Of a DNA stretch of 64,000 nt, positions 58,981 through 64,000 are shown piece after piece. Source of the stretch: Amoebophrya sp. A120 (lineage: Eukaryota > Protista > Dinoflagellata); NCBI GenBank assembly GCA_905178155.1, contig CAJINV010000012.1:3467144-3531143 (forward strand). The letters are read 5' to 3'. Position numbers and translations under genes: made by a program. Within the stretch, counting starts at the first letter, position 1, and each line of letters opens with the position of its first letter. The notes beneath the pieces were generated by a model. That model was given only the letters and a program-made list of their open reading frames with translations. It did no database searches and was not told the origin of the DNA.

Positions 58981-59635
58981 ATCTCTGTCTCAGTAAACAT
59001 ACAAGTTGTTTAATGGGACTAGTAAGTACTCGATAGAGCAGGAGGATAGTCGTCCCTTAACTGAGCAGCAAGATTTATGATCGTGAAATACCTGGAACAG
59101 GCTAGTGCAAAGAACAAGAAATAAACCAATTTTCTAGAGGTACTACAGAAGATACATTCCCAGAGACCGCCCCGTAGTGTTTTGATCATAACAAACGAAC
59201 ATATACATAGATTTATAGAAGTAGAAGGGAACTTCAGGGTAAAAGGTTGCTATGAACGACACTGCGTGTGGTCGCCTTGTAAGATGAAGGTCGGAGTTCG
59301 TGCAAATTTTGGACTTCGCTGAATAATATACAACTATGTCGTGTGGTGATGGTTGAACGTCAACACAAAAGCGCTCGTGCTTGTCGATCTGCTCCCATAT
59401 GTCTTCATATTGGCAGCCTTCGTACAGGAACAGGCACGCAATGTGGTCAGTAAACAAGGAGAAGCTCATTCACGCTAGCAATCAAACATCAGCCTAGCCC
59501 AAGCACTTTCATTAATTTTTTGTACTCCCCCACCTCTCAAAAAAATTCTACATTGCAAAACTTGCAGAGACGAGGACGTCTGCCGATATTTATTTCCACC
59601 GCTAGCACTAATTCTTGTTGAGACCACACGATAAT
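58981..59635. repeat. Non-coding segmental duplication, copy 1 (copy 2 at 61164-61835, resuming at ~63955)
   Basis: Colinear blocks, e.g. GGTCGGAGTTCGTGCAAATTTTG, TATGTCGTGTGGTGATGGTT, GCGCTCGTGCTTGTCGATCTGCTCC, GAGGACGTCTGCCGA, AGACCACACGATAA. Confidence 0.85.
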
Positions 59636-60920
59636 CGTGGCCTACCAATTATTAGATATGAAACAAGGCAGCTCCTACTACGCATCTTCACCTCAGGTGG
59701 AAAAGACCATGACTAGCGGTATGCTGGTGAAGCTAGTAAGAAGACCGCTTGCGCGTGGTTCTTCCTTTTTCCATTTGGTTCTTGATTATCATCTGGTAAT
59801 CAGCATTAAAGCGTCCTTGAGCTCTTGCTCGTCCGAATCGCGATGAATGAAGAAACTCTATCGCCCACTCGAAGTAGAAGAAACTTTACTGACCCTTTAT
59901 TGCTTCACGTCGCCACGACTTCCCTCCCCATGCCCAGGCGTGGTGTTAGTTGTGGGAGCCAGGCGTCGTGGATGCCAGCCACCACTTTTGAAAAAACCGC
60001 AAAAATATAGGCAGAGAAAGAAACTCTCCCTAGAATGGGATGAGTACTTGACTACCCCCTTCGTGGACGTGGTCCTGCTCAAACAGATCGTAGCTGTTCA
60101 CTCCGTCGTGGTAATCGCACCTCGAGGAAATGTTTCCTCGTTAATATTTCCACCAAGAATGAACAACAAGAAATGGTCTGCAGCAAGGACGATTATACTC
60201 GATAAAATGATAATCTGAATCTGAAAGAGAAAGCGTCTGCCTATAATCTATCATCTGCTGGGCGGAAAAGGATAGCAGCACAACTTACTTTCGTCCTGCT
60301 GCCAACTACTTCCCTGTGTCACTGTCTAGCCCTCTTCTGTTGATGAAAGTGGATCTTTCATAGTGCCAAAAATCGGTTTATTGCGCATCCAGTCGAACGC
60401 TTTGCCAGAAAAAACAAATCCGATCGCCGGTCCTTCCATAGATACCGGTGCACGTAATCCGCCTGAGAAGGTGAGATATCAAATCAGGATCTGGGCTTGA
60501 TTTACCCGATGGGCAGTTCTTCGGTTTAATCCAGGATCTTCAGCCTCAAGTTTGTGCTTTCTAGTAGGAGAAATCGGTGCAAGTAGAGTTCCTCACGTGA
60601 AGACCGCAATCGCGAAGGATCCTCGGAAAAAAATGCGATCGCCGATTATAGATCTGCGCGAGTTCCAGTTCTTGTACACTCAAAGGCTTTACTATTGCCA
60701 TCTGTCGATTAAGCAAGTCCAACAAGTAAGTACACCAAGACACCATCAGCGAATACGTACTTTTTTGTTTTGAAGCAACTGCTTTGATCATTTTTATCCT
60801 GCTGGTTTGTACGACAAACTTGATTTGAATTTTCAGTTTTGCCTTTGTTGACAGTTTATTTGTTGGCTACCCATTTCATTCTGTTCACCCTGCGCCTGCC
60901 GGTTCTCAAAAAGCACAAAA

Positions 60921-61175
60921 ATGTCCGTCCATCCAGGCAACCAGGTCGTCTATGCCCATCAGCAACCGGCTGGGCCCCCCGGCCACTACGAACAACAAGG
61001 AGAGCGTGACCCTCTGGTCTATACTACTAATGATTCCAGCTGGCAAGAACATGGAGCCCTCCAAGCGTAGGAGGCGGAGAAGAAGAAGAAGTTTTGTTGT
61101 GCGATCACGGCGATTATCATCGTAGTTTGTGTGGTGCCTCTCGTTTTTTTTCCGACATATCGTATCTCTGTCTAA
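60921..61175 (+). pseudogene. Short Pro/Gln-rich, tail-anchored-like ORF with an internal TAG (61068-61070)
   Basis: MSVHPGNQVVYAHQQPAGPPG..ALQA*EAEKKKKFCCAITAIIIVVCVVPLVFF..; the hydrophobic tail is in the same frame after the stop. Confidence 0.5.
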
Positions 61176-61839
61176 CTTGGAACATACAAGTTCTGGTTCA
61201 ATCGGACTAGTAAGTTGTACTCGATAGAGCAGGATTTATTTCGTCTCTTAAAATAAAACTGAGCAGCAAGACTTCACTTGTTGTGATCGTGAACAAATAC
61301 CTGGAGCAGCACCAGCAGGCACGTGCAAAGAAAAAGAACAAGAAGTAGGCCAATTATTTGCTAGAGGAACTACAAAAAAAAAGATATATTCCCAGAGACC
61401 ACGACCCCGTAGTGTCGTTGTGATAACAAACTAAGTACATACTTACTAGGCTTTTAGAAGTACAAGAGCAGGGTACAAGTTTCAGTTTGGTATGAACGAC
61501 ACTGCGTTACTTTGGTCGACGTGTATGATGAAGGTGGTCGGAGTTCGTGCAAATTTTGAATAATTTTCAAGTATGTCGTGTGGTGATGGTTCAACGTCAA
61601 CAAAAACGCGCTCGTGCTTGTCGATCTGCTCCAATATGTTTTGATATTGGCAGCCTTCGTACAGCAGGAACAGGCGCGCAATGTTGTAAGGAGCAAGAAG
61701 CTTATAACTCACATTAACAAACTCAAACATCAGTCTAACTCAACCACTTTCATTGATTTATTTGATGTATTCCCCCACCTGCACCTCTCCAAAGATTTCT
61801 AAGTTGCAGGGAGGAGGACGTCTGCCGAGATTCTTTTTC

Positions 61840-63925
61840 AAAATCTCTGGTTAATTCACTCCGGTCCGCCTTGCTCTTTGAAGATCCGTGCGAAAAAGCA
61901 CATGAAAAGCTGCTGCCATGGTGAAGAACGGTTAGTACAAGCGCAGGCCCTAGAGTGTAACATGAACGGAATCGGGCTACAAGGCCACAGGTAAATCACC
62001 CCTGCGTCTTCCGGTCGGCCTTTACGAAACTGACTACAAAAAACCGCGACGGTAGAAAGGGGGCGGTCTAGTCTACGGTCTAGATCGTCTCCACTACCAT
62101 TCGAAAAAACGCAAGTCCCAGCTATAGTACAACAGGAGCGGCATCCGACCCGAGTGTAGTCAGCCGGACCATTTTTAGAAGACGTTGCGAGGTGGGCGGA
62201 GAGGCATCACGCGTGCAGTGGAACGAGAGGAAGGCCAGCGTTCAACTGTGTGACGTTCGTCGTATACTGTCGTCGCCAGGACAGTGGCACCTGCACTGCA
62301 GCTGCGTGCAGCGAGTTTTGTTCGTATATTAATTTCCCATATGTACAAGGCCACAGGTAAACTATCCCAGTGTCTTCCGGCCGGCCTTCTTCTGTGTGAT
62401 GTCCGCGCACCACTGCTTTGTATCACTAGCTTGTATCACTAGCTACTGCTTTGTATCACTGCTTTGTATCACTAGCGTGTATTCACTAGTTCACTAGCGT
62501 TTGTCCGCGCACAGCGATGTGACCTCTGGTTACTCGCTCGCTGCTTTGTATGCTTGCTTTTGTATGCTCGTGGCCCGCCAGCTTTGTCTGGTGGTCGTCT
62601 ATTGGTTGTATCCGTATTTGATGTTCTCGTTAAAAGTTGTCCGCTCGTATCGTATCTCCCTGTGTGTCGGTTCGTACATTTGTGTCTCGTTTTCCTGGAG
62701 CCTGATCGCAAATTCGTATGCTCCTTCCATGCCGTTGCATGCTTAAATCTGATCTTTCCTGCTTCGCTTCCCCTTGTATCCGCCCCTGTAGAATCAGGTC
62801 TATACCCCTTTTACTTTTCTTCAGTCGTTTATATTATGTTATGTTGTTTTCTTACTCGCTGTTGCTTACTACTGGACTGCCCGTTCCTTTTACCCCCTCT
62901 TGCATGCGTCCCTGTAGGCTTAGATCCCTACCCTTTTATCCTGCTTCTTCCCTCTAAGTCTGATCGCTTTACTTTTGCAACCTTTGTAGCGCTAGTTGCG
63001 GATCCCGCGTACTCGCAGGGGCTTTGTTTTTTCCGCCTTGCCAGCGGGTTTGTCCGGGGGGGCGCGACAGTCTTTGGGGATTCTGGCACTTGACGTTCAC
63101 CAACGAGTTGCCGGCGGGGCGTTGCACAACTTTTCCTACTACACCCCTGCGGTCCGACGACCAACTTCGTGTTGATTTTCCCCGATTCAGATGGGCGCTT
63201 TTTTCTGCTGCTGTCTTTCCGGCGAACACCTCTTGGTGCTCGTCAGTCTGCCAGAGCTTGTTTACATGCGCGCGCTATCTGGTGGCGGTGAAAATGTGCC
63301 ACGAACGCGGTGCTCGCGACCTCATCTATTCGTTCTTTCTCACTCGGGTTCCGCAGTTGATATGAATGACATTTATATGTTTGTCGGAGGCTGGTTCGTT
63401 GTCTGCGGAGTTCCATTATGGCGTCAATCTGTAGATAGTTTTGGGTCAGGTCTGCTAATCCTGGCAAGTAGTTTCATTCGGCGCCGGGGCTCTAAACAAC
63501 TTACCTGTTCCTCAGCGCTATTGCGCTCGCTACAGCTCTGCTTGGAAAAAATATTTTACAGTTTGGCCTCCGCTTGTGGAAGGTCGACGATTCGCGCCTG
63601 CTCTGCTCTGCTAGCCGCGCGGTACTCTTCAAGTTCGTGTGGGCTCCTGGTGCTGCGATCACCGTCGGGAGCTAAACAACATGAGAACATAAGGACGTCG
63701 GTGCTTGAGAGCTATTTAGTATTCGACTTCTTACTACGTTTTGATCCTTTTGCATCCCTCACGCACGACCAGGATCTTTGTGTAGTTCGAAGCCCGCCGA
63801 AATTTTGCGAGCGGATTTAGCTTTCTCACCCCCTCGAAAAAAGGGGAGTCTCCTGACCCTTATGGTCGTCCCTGCCGCCGGTGGTAGCGTGCGCGTCGCC
63901 ACTCTGATCTGATCTGATCTGATCT
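61840..63925 (+). mobile_element. ~2.1-kb insertion with a (TCTGA)n 3' tail, probably a decayed non-LTR retroposon
   Basis: Interrupts copy 2 of the 58981-59635 duplication; ends in (TCTGA)4; internal TGTATCACT repeats; no recognisable RT ORF. Confidence 0.55.
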
Positions 63926-64000
63926 ATGTAGGTTATCTCTCTCTCTCTCTCTTTTCTAACTCTTGTTCAGACCACACGATAACTGCACGTCGTGGTCTAC

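Noticed and set aside
1-64000. tRNA, rRNA or dinoflagellate spliced-leader relics
   Set aside because: None recognised by eye; tRNAscan-SE or Infernal would be needed to exclude them

Overview
Eukaryotic, gene-dense protist DNA with about 10 protein-coding genes, all on the + strand, and one 97-N gap (28186-28282). Identifiable genes: a cyclin, an INPP5E-like inositol polyphosphate 5-phosphatase ending in CaaX, a tandem BART-domain protein, exportin-T, a tandem NTF2-like protein, and a small family of putative secreted proteins. The dominant feature is 55 MITE-like insertions (54 complete) inside coding exons, falling into about 10 terminal-inverted-repeat (TIR) families. Nearly all run TAT...ATA and are flanked by a 5-bp direct repeat (TSD), perfect in 43 of 54. 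Removing each element plus one TSD copy leaves an open reading frame and rebuilds conserved motifs where the protein is recognisable. About 51 of 54 cannot be read as GT/GC-AG introns, and copies occur in both orientations. This matches the non-canonical 'introner' introns reported in the parasitic dinoflagellate Amoebophrya (organism inferred, not proven); their excision mechanism is, to my knowledge, unresolved. Extra observations: a GCATNACAA motif shared by nearly all the TIR families, empty-site controls in a paralog and in duplicated domains, a retroposon and satellites nested inside introners, and a distinct TGG...CCA element with subterminal hairpins. Coordinates were read by hand.
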